Positions 14,263-26,554 of a stretch of 64,000 bases of DNA are shown here, one piece after another. Positions within the stretch are counted from its first letter, which is position 1, and each line of letters opens with the position of its first letter. A program made the position numbers and the translations under genes. The notes under the pieces are model-generated. The model was not told the DNA's origin and made no database searches. It saw nothing but the letters and a program-made list of their open reading frames with translations. The DNA lies in contig NC_087247.1 of assembly GCF_037042905.1 (NCBI RefSeq), positions 17,980,001 through 18,044,000 on the forward strand. The letters run 5' to 3'. Source of the DNA: Lytechinus pictus (Eukaryota).

Positions 14263-14835
14263 TATTTTGACAAGTGATATTCCCAAGATACCATTTCTCT
14301 TCTATTTTGTTATTTTATTCAGCTAATATAATTTCTCTGCATTGAGAACTTTAAATTGCTTGGAAATTGTGTTGTGCAATGCCCCGCAAAATAGCAATAT
14401 TCTAATCTAAGATATAACCTTTCTCTGCCCCTTATATCCCTACTATGTGTGCCACAGTGTGTTCACAGTTCAGTGTGGAACACAGTGTGAAAACACCTTC
14501 ACACTGTTAAATTTGAGCATTTCAACAGTGTGAATCACATATTCATATAGTTGATCATGTGAACATATTTTAATCACATTGCGTTCTTTCAAGCAGGGAT
14601 TATACGTCAAATTCGTTATTTTCTACAATTCGCAAAGTAAAAAGCAATTATATGTCCGTATTAAATTTATGATGTCACGTAAGAAAGTCGATATCAATAC
14701 TTAGTTTAATTTTTGAGAAAAAAAAAATGCCCATCGATGATCTATGTAATACTTTATGATTACTACGTGCACCAGATTGAAAAGTCATGCAAATGTTGAT
14801 ATCAATGAAAATCTCTTCACATGCTCGTGAACTTA

Positions 14836-14985
14836 TGCTGCAGTCACATTTCCCCTACGGTGCGGCGGTCGTACGGCGAGTCAAAAACAGCGGTTTTATT
14901 CATTTCTATTCAAACGAAGTATATAGCTGGTACAAAAAATGTCGACTCGCCGTACGGCCGCCGTAGGGGAAATATGACTGCGCCA
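14836..14985. mobile_element. PIF/Harbinger-like MITE
   Basis: TIR gcagtcacatttcccctacgg..cgtacggcgagtc / gactcgccgtacgg..ccgtaggggaaatatgactgc; tta/cta flanks. Confidence 0.8.
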
Positions 14986-17510
14986 CTAGGTTGCGTGTTT
15001 GGCATAAACATGGATTGACAATCACGATCCCATGGACACAATCATTTTCAATCTTAACAGTCTTCTTTCTTGAATTCAAATCAATACTGCCTGGACCAGG
15101 GAGTGTGTCACAATGAGATAAGTAGTTGTCAAACAGTCACATCCAGGTGTAAACGCGCAAGTTAAATTTAACGTATCTTCTCATTGGTCCGAATCATGAG
15201 CGGATTTTTTATTTTTTATTTTTTTTTTAAAGATTCGAGAGACTTCAAGGGAACAAAACGACCCTCCTATTGGAGTTATTGTAGGCTACTGTGCACAAAA
15301 AAACAAATAAAAATAAATAATAGAAAAATGGGGGAACGGGTTGTAAAGACACATGTACATGTATTTCTTACTTTCTGATTTCTTATTGCATGGTATCGCT
15401 CGTTTTTCCCCACCATCTTCCTGGTCTTTTTATTATAAGAGCGACCCTTACAATAAAAAAGTTCTAGCTCTACTGTTCCCGATGGCGGCACAGTAACGGA
15501 TTCAAGATTGTATTGAAGGGGGGGGGGGGTCATAGATGTGTGATTCGCCACGCACATCATTTGAAAGGTTAATTAATTATAGGAAGGCCATAATGTCTTT
15601 CATATTATTGTAATGAATAGTCAACACAAATATGCCCAATTTATGAATCATCACTTAAATTCATGATCTCATAAGTTGTTCGTGTTGGCCTATGACAGTA
15701 TGAGCAATAAGAAGTGCTTGCACTTTATACTAATGAATTTCATACCCAAATTTTCCCCATGCAAATCCTTCATGAAACAATGCTAAATCTTATAACTCCA
15801 GAATGAATTGACGATATATTTAATTGCTTAGCATTACCCAAGGGAAATCAAATCGATGCTCGAAGAATGCACTTGGTCAATATTAATGAAGTAAGTCCCC
15901 TTTTTTTAAAATCGTGTACCATGTTCGGCAAGTTGTACAGAAGAGTGGATATCCACTAGTCTGATCGGAAGTATAAATCTTTATACAAACTCCTTCCCAA
16001 ACACAATCAAATATTCGTCTCCGGGGAGATTCTTGGAGGAATAAAACATTTGTGGAAATCAATTCACTCTTCTTCAGGCTCAACAAGACATTATTACTGT
16101 GTGATCTATCAGTCAATATTGCATCATTATTATTGACCTGGAAAGTACATGGAGACACATTCAAATTTTCACTTAATTTTCAACAATTGAGATATTAATG
16201 GAAATAACTTTCGATTTAAAATATAAGAGTGATGATAACTGCATTTTATTAACTGAATGGGCTAGATTAGCTCGAAATCAGAATTCATAATTTGTTTTGT
16301 AATTATATAGAGACCAAGTTAAATGCGTAAGGCCTTCTCGCCTTCAAAAGTGCAAAATGTTGGTTGATGAACAAATAGTGATGACGTCCCATGAGTGAAT
16401 GATTATATATTCTCTATTACTTAAGGTAGGAACCAAGTGAAAAATATATATCTCTAATTTTTGAAAAGGGACGACAATTAAAAAAGAGATATACGTGTTT
16501 TGGAACGGGAAATGTGGGAATATATATTGAATGTTGTTATTATTCTTATTAGATTCTCGTACTTGATCCTCGCCGTTGTGTAAAATATTCAATCGTCACC
16601 ACTACAAAGATACGAAGAATATAGTTATGCTTAATATGGTGACATAACTTTTAAGTTTGCCGGGTTACCGTGTAAAAAAAGCATGTTTCATGGCTGAATT
16701 TCAACATTACTCCAAATTTTACCCCCCCCCAAAAAAAAATGCACCGGGGGGGGGGGGGGGTAAGAGGAGAAAAAGAAAGAAAATGGAGACTAAAAAAGGT
16801 AGGATATGACGTTATGAGGTATACAAAAAAAAAAACATTTTGTCAAAATCTGTCACAAAACTAGATTTTCATTTTTTTAAAGTTAAATTTTTGCTCGCTC
16901 ATTTCGCTCGCTCGGGACTCTTAAGAAATGTTGTCATAGACCATGTATTGCCCCCTCAGTTACTTCAGTGCGAAAGAATATATGCTTATATTTTGCAATG
17001 GCAGTTAACAAAAAGGGCACTTGCTTAATACCGGCTTAATGATTATGCCAAATAGACTTTTCAGAATACGTTCACATCTACATCTGATTTCACGTGTAAT
17101 GAATGGATGTTTCAATGAGAGGGAAAGACAATCTTCGTATGTCGAGACGTGGAGCGTCTGTGCAAAGTTTTAAATCATCGTACTTATTTCAAATCCTTGG
17201 CTATATGCTACCCTCCTTATGAGAATTAAATCGAATTTATATATCCAATGGTCATGACCATATAGCAACTGTTGTATCGGGGGGGGGGTGGTTAGAAAAG
17301 GGAAAAGGGTTGCATATAAAAAAAGGAAAATAAAAAATGAAGATAAAAGGGCAAAGGAATAAAGGGGCGGAAAAGGAATACCATCGAAGGTGATTAATAC
17401 CCCCGTCATATGCTGTTACCATGGTAATGAAGATTCCAACACATTTGGAAAATGGTTGTTGCATGTCTTTACCCAGGGATGAATTTTCGTGCCAAATTTC
17501 GATTTGTGAT

Positions 17511-17872
17511 ATACTTATTTCCTTCAAGAATTCCAACAAAGAGTCCTTAAAATATTTCCTTTTCAAACTCAAATATCATAACTTTTCATCTCTAGCTTAA
17601 CCCTCGTGCGTGCATTGATAGCTTACTTAGATACCCATTGTTGGGAGTACTTCTCCCTAAAATATCCTGATTTCTGGTCTCAATATCAATGATACTTATT
17701 TCCTTCAAGAATTCCAACAAAGAGTCCTTAAAATATTTCCTTTTCAAACTCAAATATCATAACTTTTCATCTCTAGCTTAACCCTCGTGCGTGCATTGAT
17801 AGCTTACTTTGATACCCATTGTTGGGAGTACTTCTCCCTAAAATATCCTGATTTCTGGTCTCAATATCAATG
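17511..17872. repeat. Near-perfect 181-bp tandem duplication inside a hAT-like element ending at 18489
   Basis: atacttatttccttcaagaattcc... starts at 17511 and at 17692; one visible mismatch; host element ends tacgccactg. Confidence 0.95.
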
Positions 17873-20800
17873 ATAATGAGCTCGCGTTTCGCGCTCACAA
17901 CTGTTTAAAACTGTTTAGATATACATCATGTTAAGGATTACAAAAAACGCTTAGAATAATCAGTCTAAAGATATTAATATTGAAAAAAAAAAGGCTTGCG
18001 CTTCGCCCTCGTATTAGGTCGATTCATTTAATGAGATTTCTGTCATTTATGACTTCCTAAAAAGGGCCTTTTAAATGTTCCCTTTCGGGTCTAAATATCG
18101 ATCATTATCAGCTCGCGTTTCGCGCTCATATTCACTGTTTAGTTAGATACGAATCATGTTTATGATTACAAAAGAGCAACTTAGAATATCCCGTTTTAAC
18201 GTCTTAAGATTGAAAAATATTCGCAGTCGAATAGATGTTATCTTTTATTTTGACTGGTCCTGTGTTTACAAAGAGTATGTATATGATTTTGCATTCTCTT
18301 TTTTGTCACATTATGGGCACTGACGAAGAGTGTGACGTTACCTTTCATTTTTAAAAGCTACGCTCCTTTTAAAATCTATGATTTTATTTCTACGGCATTT
18401 TAATAAACCAGTTGTGATTATTATACACTTTGAAAGGGGTGAGATTTTAGCCCTTGCCCCTTGCGCCTTCTGCCCAAGATACGCCACTGTATAACAGTCA
18501 TATGCTCTACTACAATTTGAAACAAATCTGGCCTTTATCAAAAAATAATGTTTTGAAAATATCAAAAATTTCGATAATACTATTCTTATAGTTAATTTGC
18601 CCCTCAAATGAAATGATTCTATTCGTTCATAATCTCATAACATGATCAAAACACGAATTTATTCCGAATTCGGATCAGGGACCATTCGTACGCTGAGCAG
18701 TGGCTCAAAACGCACAATAAGCCGTCAGACAATGTTATCTGTAATGAGCCATAATGGCAATTTGGCCTTTGAATATCAAAATTTTGCCACCGATGTCCTG
18801 GCACTTCGGAACACGGACTCCAGCTTCCCATGAGTCCCATAATGACTAATTCCAGCTGTGCTCATGTAATGAGCAAAATTATTAGTTCCATTGTTTTTTC
18901 AGGATTTTCTAATAAGCTCGTGATGATAATGTTGGCGCAACGACACCCCTTGATGATATTTTCTTTCAAATTCCAGATATAAGATGCTACAATGATGAAA
19001 ACAATTTGATTTTTTCAGAGCTTGCATACTAAAATTATTCAGGTAGTAACAGTGTTGCATTAGAGACCGGGTTTGCAGAAAATATAAAACAGGAAAGGGG
19101 TTGCTTTCCTTACCTCATTCCTTTTACATGATTTATTTCTTCTCTTCTCCGAGTAAAGATTAATGACCCAAGGACATCTCTTTGTATTCTACCTTATAAT
19201 TTACCGGCTAGTGCTTAGGCAACCATATTGATCGATATGTTCTTTTGAGTCATTTATAAGTTGAAAAACGTCTTATCTTATGAAGACCAATGAATATTGT
19301 GCACTGACGTTTACTTACACGCGGCCAAAGTATGTGACACGGTCAATGTAACGAACTCATATCACGATGACAAGTGTCTCTCTTAACACGTTTTCTGTTT
19401 TTCTGTCCGTCAATTTGCCCTCTTCTTCACCCCCCCCCCCCGCCTTCTCTCTCTACCCCCTCTTAGTTTCTATCTCCCCCGCTCTCTCTCTCTCTCCCTT
19501 TATTCTTGCTGATGAAACTTTCGTAGAAGTGATTGAAGCACTTCTTGCAAATAAACTGACTATAGATTTATGGTCAGCTTGATATTCTATTTCTTGTCAG
19601 AAAGCAACGGAATGCTTTCAAAGACACCAACACTCGCAGTACAACACAATACACATTTTGTAAAGCGTTAAGCGAAATTTTACTTTAAAGAAGCGACGTA
19701 CCATTGAAAACACTCTCACACCCCAACATACATCCACGCACCAGCAGGCATATATACATTCACCTCATACTCTAATAGACCACCACGTTGGTATTTTGTT
19801 CTTTCCTTTTACATGTTTTAACTTCTTACAGACGCCCTTGGAATAAGATAAAATGATACTTTACTTTACTAAGATACATTTTTATCTCTATTCTGTCACG
19901 TGAAAAAGAAATGTGCCGCACATGTTTAGATCTACGAAGCAAATGCATTAAAGGTCGTAGATTAAATTTGTTTATGAAACTGTTTATGATTAAGACAGCC
20001 TACATATTAGCTTTAATCCTCTATCTTTCTTTGTCTATTTTCCTATTAAGCGCATAGAGACGCCCATAGACAGTGATATGTGCTATACAAGCAACGTCGT
20101 ATTATAATTAAAGAGCGTTCAAATTTTGGTAGTAAATGTAAATTTTACAAAAAACATACTTTTCAGGTCGTGTTTTTTTTCTCAGTTGTATTATTGGTGT
20201 TTACTGCATTTGGCAATGTTATCTAGGTCCAGTTGTACAGATTATTTATTATAGAAATATATGCCGAATTATGTATATAATTTTTTTGGTGGCGAAATAA
20301 ATATACAATCTTTAAAATATCGGATAAAATGAAATACAATTTTATGTTTCGCATGAAATGTGTTTTCAACTTCGATTCAACACTTTTTATTATGTCAACA
20401 ACAAAAAAACTGACCTACAAAATTAAGACTATTCTGGTAACGTTCAGTTTAATAAATAAACAGCCTATATGAGGTGTGAAAAGTGAGAGATAAGAATGGA
20501 CATACCTATTTGGCCATATGGGAATAAAGTAAATATTCAAACATACGACAGAATGATCTGAGCATGGCAAGACAACTGTCGCTCTGAGGTGCTCCAGTAT
20601 TATTAAAAATTTATAATAGGCTTTCCACATTGTCACATGCATCTGACAGCTCAAACATTTCTTCAATATTCTTACATTATACATCTTAGCGTCCTGTCCT
20701 ACCTGTATAGCCATATTCCGTAAGTTTAAAATACATTTTGGATATATATATATGTGTATATAAATGTATATATATATATATATATACTTAAATAAAAGAG

Positions 20801-20943
20801 TTGCCAAATCTGTTGTACATGTATAACTTTACACAACTATATATATATATATATATCTTAAAGATTCACGTATTGGCTTCTGTAGGTAACAAAATAATGC
20901 TGAAGATAATGCTTTCATTGCCAATAAAGTTTTTTATTGTTTC

Positions 20944-20979
20944 CTCAAATTTTCGACGGTCCTCCGTCTTCTTCAGGAG
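20944..20979 (-). ncRNA. Minimal type I hammerhead ribozyme motif (Penelope-like element type)
   Basis: Minus strand: ctc-CTGAAGA-a-gacgg(agga)ccgtc-GAAA-att-t-gag. Conserved core, 5-bp stem II, palindromic AAATTT stem III, 3-bp stem I, AATAAA just downstream, (TA)n flanks. Confidence 0.65.
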
Positions 20980-21203
20980 TTTAACAAATATATATATATA
21001 TTTGTTAAACTTCTTCTTCAGGAGTTTAACAAATATATATATATATATATATTTGTGTAAAGTTATACATGTACAACAGCTTTGGCAACTCTTTTATTTA
21101 AATATTGTAAAGAAATGGATGAAGAGAACAATGGTAGGCGTAGCTTAAATCAAGGTTCCCCAGAGCTATCTACCCTTTGGAAAAATTGGTGATGCCGAAA
21201 AAA

Positions 21204-21275
21204 TGTCTCCGCCGGGAATCGAACCCGGGCCCCCAGCTTTGAACGCCGGTGCCTTAACCACTAGACCACAGAGAC
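21204..21275 (-). tRNA. tRNA-like gene with TCA anticodon (tRNA-Glu-like body; opal-suppressor-type anticodon) embedded in a repeat
   Basis: GTCTCTG TG GTCT AGTGGTTA AGGC A CCGGC GT-TCA-AA GCTGG GGGC CCGGG TTCGATT CCCGG CGGAGAC A, then TTTTTT. All four stems pair; A and B boxes intact. Confidence 0.75.
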
Positions 21276-22058
21276 GGGTTAGTGGCTAGGGCGACCCCGA
21301 TCCGATTGACCGGCGGAGACATTTTTTCGGCATCACCAATTTTTCCAAAGGGTAGATAGCTCTGGGGAACCTTGAAGTAAGCTACGCCTACCATTGTTCT
21401 CTTCATCCATTTCTTTACAATATTTGAATAAAAGAGTTGCCAAAGCTGTTGTACATGTATAACTTTACACAATTGTATACTTTCTCCCATACGTGTACTG
21501 TATCAAAGCAATAGCTTTGATCCAGCTGAAGCATGGCGGCTTGTCATTGTTCGAAACCCACCTTCACCCGACAAAGGAAATTATAATTGGTATAGTGTCG
21601 AAAATCTGTCTATCTGACGGTCACTGGGGGCCCGGGTTCGATTCCCGGCGGAGACATTTTTTCGGCATCACCAATTTTTCCAAAGGGTAGATAGCTCTGG
21701 GGAATCTTGATTTAAGCTATGCCTACCAATTGTTCTCTTCATCAATTTCTTTACAATATAATATATGTCACTCTTCTATCAGAAATTTGTCTCATTCGTA
21801 AATTGTGACAACTGGTACTATCTTGATATCTCTCAGTCATCGATATGTTCTTCCTTTTGTATATTCCCTATAGACATATCATTATTCACAAATGTCACTT
21901 GGTTCATATCACTAAATACGTTAATTTGGACAGTCGTTCAAAGGCAGTCATATTAAAGCTAAAATGACGTGTGGATGATTTTCTTTATAACATGTATAAT
22001 CTTTTAAACGTAATAATAATGATCATAAAATACATAGAGAAATTTTGAAATACGCGAC

Positions 22059-23547
22059 CAGTGGCTTACCGTGGGTCACGGCTCTGGGGGGGCACCAGCA
22101 AAATTTTTGAGTCACTTAGTGAGCACGCGAAGCGCGCTCAGTTGCCACGTATAGGCGTACTGACCTAATAGAGACATTTAATGGACGGTGCCATTAAACG
22201 GATATGTATCTCACTGATTAATTAATGCGAGCGTGAAGCGCGAGCTGAAATTTTTTTATATTCAGACGTTAAAAGGGACACTATAAACACATTTTTATAA
22301 TCATGTTACGTACCTGTCTCGCTAAACAACAATGCGAGCGCGAAGCGCGAGCTGAAATTCTTCTATATATTGACACCAAGCAGGGACGTTTTAAGGACTA
22401 TATTTTAGGAATCCATTCAGATTATACCTTGGTCATATAATGCGAGTGCCAAGCGCTTGTTGATTTTGTTAGAATTACATCTTAACACATGAAACATTTG
22501 TAGTCGTTGTAATCATGATTAACATGCGCATCTCACTAATCAATTATTGCGAGCTGAAAATGTTGGAAGTTCAGACCTGAAAAGGGCCATTTTAAGGCTT
22601 GTTTGTAGGAACTCACGAAGACCATACGTATTTCACTAACCAAATGATGCGAGCGCGAAGCGCGAGCTGAAATTTTTGTATATATTGACCCCAAACATGG
22701 ATATTTTAAGGACTATTTTTAAGGAATCCATTAAGTGTATATATATCTCACATTAGTCATCTAATACGAGTGCCAAGCGCTTGCTGATTTTGTTAGAATT
22801 ACATTTAAACACATGAAGCACTCTTTGTAGTCATTGTTATCATGATTACCATACGCATCTCACTAATCAAATATTGCGAGCACGAAGCGCGAGCTGAAAA
22901 TTTTGGAAATTTAGACCTGAAGAGGGGCATTCTAAGGCTTGTTTGTAGGAATTCACTAAGACCATAAGTATTTCACTAACCAAATGATGCGAGTGCGAAG
23001 CGCGAGCTGAAATTTTTTTATATTCAGATCAGAAAAGGGGATATATTTTGAGGACTGATTTTAGGACTAAGCAGACATATCTAACCAATCCACTAATGCA
23101 AACGTAAGCACAGAAAGGAAATGTTATATATTAAGACCTTAAAATGGGGCAATCACTTTAAGTAGTGATGAAAAAGAAGCACATGTCACTGCATAAAACA
23201 ATAATAACTCGAAGTGCGAGGAAATGTATTTGGTGTATATTGACTTGAAAACGGGAGGTTTTAGTATAACATGATTATATATCTCGTTAAACAGACTATG
23301 CGAGCCCCATGTGAAGACATAGGCCCTGAGCAAATTATGTTTCATAAAGTTATGAAAAAATGCTTCTTATGTAATATAACATTACATAATTATAATATAA
23401 TATAACATTATAATGAACAATAATTTCTTCTTTCCCACTACGTTTCTCTTCCTTTCTCCCTCTTTTTCTCCTTTTCCCGTTTTTTTTTTGGCCAGCCGAT
23501 GGGGGGGGGGGCACGTGCCCCTCATGCCCCCCGTAGTTACGCCACTT
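22059..23547. mobile_element. hAT-family non-autonomous element with internal ~320-340-bp tandem units
   Basis: Termini cagtggcttac / gttacgccactt; 8-bp TSD tacgcgac/tacgcaac; recurring gcgagcgcgaagcgcgagctgaaa motif. Confidence 0.85.
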
Positions 23548-23899
23548 TACGCAACATTGTATATCCCAATAAGTGATCCAGCGTAACCGAAACAAGAGGG
23601 TAGCTTTTTTAGCAAGCACTATCACCTGTTAACTGTGTGACGAAGAAAATTCCCGAAATAAGAATAAATGCATACTGTACGATTTGCTTCCTTATGAAAC
23701 CATCTAAACCGTGAAGGCTATTTGCATCCCCAATTGTCAAAGGAACAGATTTTGTCTATAAATGTCCATATTTCGGCATGATCACAATGCGAATAAATAC
23801 CAAATCCTGAATTCGTAACTACTTGTTAACACAGACAGTGAAATACTGAAATAATGGAATGCATTTCAAAAGGAAATAATTCCAAGTTCCATAGACCGA

Positions 23900-24176
23900 G
23901 GGCCCATTTTATAAAACTTGTTATAATAAAAAATATTCAATAACAGTTTAAAGCCTCTGAAATCCTTCAAGTTGATAGGTTGATAGTAATTTTGTTACAG
24001 AAGTTGTGCATTTGTTAAAATAACAAGTTTTCGTGAAACGGGACCCTGGGCGCCGTAACACAAGAATTAGCGATTAATCGTTGCACGCGCATTTTTTCTC
24101 AGTAGACTGACCGGGAACCAATCAGAATTGTCCTTTCAAATTAGCGATCAATCGCTAACCTTTGTGTTACGGGACC
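23900..24176. mobile_element. Two abutting PIF/Harbinger-like MITEs (23900-24045, 24049-24176)
   Basis: gggcccattttataaaacttg / caagttttcgtgaaacgggacc; ggcgccgtaacacaag / ctttgtgttacgggacc with ctg on both flanks. Confidence 0.7.
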
Positions 24177-24196
24177 CTGAACCGTATTTGACAATA

Positions 24197-24492
24197 GGGA
24201 GTTTTCGCAGTTGCAACGTGTACGGCTTCTGCAACGTGATAAATCTATTAAAAATGCAAGTCAATCACAATGGGCAGGCAGGGCAGCTGAAAGGGTTTTA
24301 TCGTAAGTTTGTGAACTGGGTCAGCAGATTGTTCGAAGATTCGGACCGGAAGAAAATGTCGTTTGTCCAGAGCCCAGAACGTCACTGTTTTGATTCAACG
24401 ATTCTCGACAAAGACTTCTTTGTCATGGAGAGCATCTAACAATAGATACTCTGTGTTCCAGAAGGTGTCTGCGTAGTGTTGCAAATACTCCT
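24197..24492. mobile_element. Degenerate ~300-bp MITE family member (also 32802-33106, 47156-47447, ~47820-48290)
   Basis: gggagttttcgca / gcaaatactcc termini; internal motifs shared with the other copies (aatctatt, cgacaaagac, cagctg). Confidence 0.6.
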
Positions 24493-25762
24493 TTTTAACG
24501 CTACTAATCATTTACATGTCCTTCATTTTAATTCATCATATCATCTTTATTGATACGTCCGATTTCGCTTTCCCTAATGAGATAAATAACCCATTATGAC
24601 CCATTTTCAGTCATACAATGCCAAACAAATTAATTGAGATGGTTCATTAACGGTAAAAAAAATCTAGGTCATTCCTTCATTTCGATACTGTGCGCGGGTG
24701 AATATGGGATGCGGCCGATTATGGTTTATCTTCATGCTTTTAGAAGAGAAATAATTATGAATTCTGTTTAGTATTGTACACCAACAAATGATGGCAGAAT
24801 TGATCTTAAAAAAAAAACATCAGGGGATGTACTTTGAAAATATAACCTTTGCTGTATTCCTAAATTATTTTGTCTTATAATATCACGAAGATGATAAATC
24901 TTAACACATAATTTAAATTGAGTTTGTTTGGTTTGCTTTATGGCACGTCCGTGGTGTTTATAACGAACTTGGTTTGTCATATTTTCAAGCATTTTGCTTA
25001 AAATTACAATCTCTTTCGCATGTGATGTTATTTTATGTTCAGTAATGTATCTGATTTATTGTCAAAGTCTCTCTGTGATGTTTATGATAGCTTATTATTT
25101 TGTTATGCAGAAGAAAAATATATCAAATTAAGTTTCAATGAGGCAGCTTGCAAGTGGAGAATGGGATATAAAATCACGTCATAACTACTAATAATCGCTT
25201 TATTTTGTGACAGAAAAGAATATTTCATAGAAATATGTTTTTAGAGGCCTTTTTATGTTGAATTTATTGATCGTAATACTCCTCGAGTCTAGTACTCGTT
25301 ATTTTTAGATAATTTAGGTCATTTGAGTATGTGAGCAAATGGAACGTTCAACAATACCATTCAACTAAAAACCTTTGTGATTCTAAATGAAATGAATGAA
25401 ATATGTAGTTTGAATGGTTCACCAGTAACATCGGATGCGCCACTCACCTGGATTTATTGTATTTCAAATGTCTTGAAAATGTGAAAGTGTAATTATTCTA
25501 ATTCTGGAGTATTTTCTTAGAATGTAGTCAGTTTCGTTTTAAACTTTTGGATTTATATCATTATCATATTTGTCTGTATGCAATTGGTGCTTTGTGACTA
25601 TTAATTTATCAGTCGGAAATTCCTCAATTTACCTTATAGTCTATTGATAATAACAGACACGTTTGTTTTATGTTGCATTTCTATGGATATACATCTGAAT
25701 TAAAATACTCAAAACCAGCTATGGATTTTGCCATCAATAATGTGTAAAGATGATTATATTAA

Positions 25763-26344
25763 AGGGATGGTCCGGGCTGAAAATGTATATATCTTAATAC
25801 ATAGAGTAGAATTCACTGAGCAAAGTGCCGAAAATGTCATCAAAATCGGATAACAAATAATAAAGTTATTGAAGTTTAAAGTTTAGCAATATTTTGTGAA
25901 AACAGTCGTCATGAATAATCATTAGGTGGGCTGATGATGTCACATCTCCACTTTCCGTTTTCTTATGTTATTACATAAAATCAGATTTTTTTCATTATTT
26001 CATACTTGTGTAAATAAAATGTCTCCCTAATAATGAAATAAGTTACAGCAGTAAATATCTAATGCACTAAATCAGTTGTCAATCCAATTTTTCTAGTTCT
26101 TGGAGGAAAAAATTTGAATAAACCTAATTTTATATGATAAAATACAAAAGAACAAGTGGGGGTGTGACATAATCAGCCCACCTAATGAATATTCATGCCG
26201 ACTGTTTTCACAAAATATTGCTTAACTTTAAAATTCAATAACTTTGTTATTTGTTATCCGATTTTGATGAAATTTTCGGCATTTTGCTCAGTGAATTCTA
26301 CTCTATTTATCAAGCTATAAACACTTTCAGCCCGGACCATCCCT
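25763..26344. mobile_element. TTAA-targeting (Kolobok-like) non-autonomous element
   Basis: TTAA|agggatggtccgggctgaaa ... tttcagcccggaccatccct|TTAG; ~190-bp inverted arms. Confidence 0.85.
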
Positions 26345-26492
26345 TTAGGTAACAGAGCTTTTATAGGACTTACAGATGGTTGTAAACGATCGAGCAACCT
26401 TGAAAAGTGAATTCATGAAAATGACTGGATAACAAGAACATGATTTATTTTATTATGTGACACACAGTATTATTTTTCTCTCTCGCTCTTAG

Positions 26493-26554
26493 CGGCTGGT
26501 AAAAGATCGGGAAGCGGAGGTAGTACAATAAAGGAAGATGGGACTGTAAATGAG
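26493..26554 (+). CDS. Putative neuropeptide precursor, exon 3 ((P)AGKRSGSGGSTIKEDGTVNE)
   Basis: Strong acceptor tttttctctctcgctcttag, donor GAG|gtaagg, 62 nt, phase 1/0; supplies the G-KR amidation/cleavage site. Confidence 0.8.

Larger units (their letters stand above)
20788..21760. mobile_element. tRNA-containing repeat in inverted plus tandem partial copies, bounded by (TA)n
   Basis: ~163-bp inverted arms 21053-21215 / 21310-21472; further direct copy 21624-21757; fragment 20788-20836. Confidence 0.8.

Noticed and set aside
15920-16137. Minus-strand exon-like open frame after a tttccag acceptor
   Set aside because: Weak donor (gtacac), no recognisable homology and no partner exons found
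21204-21275. Calling this tRNA-Sec
   Set aside because: 4-nt variable loop, standard 7/5 acceptor-T stems and A discriminator are incompatible with tRNA-Sec architecture
20801-21490. ORFs sharing LCKVIHVQQLWQLFY..KKWMKRTMVGVA
   Set aside because: Translation of the inverted repeat arms and (TA)n tracts; no coding signature
21520-21560. ctgaagc...cgaaac in segment B as a second hammerhead or a SECIS element
   Set aside because: The core deviates from CUGANGA, stems I/III are not evident, and no proper SECIS quartet or apical AA geometry is present
22059-23547. CRISPR-like array of gcgagcgcgaagcgcgagctg motifs
   Set aside because: Eukaryotic context; the spacers are themselves repeated and the array lies within a TIR/TSD-bounded hAT element
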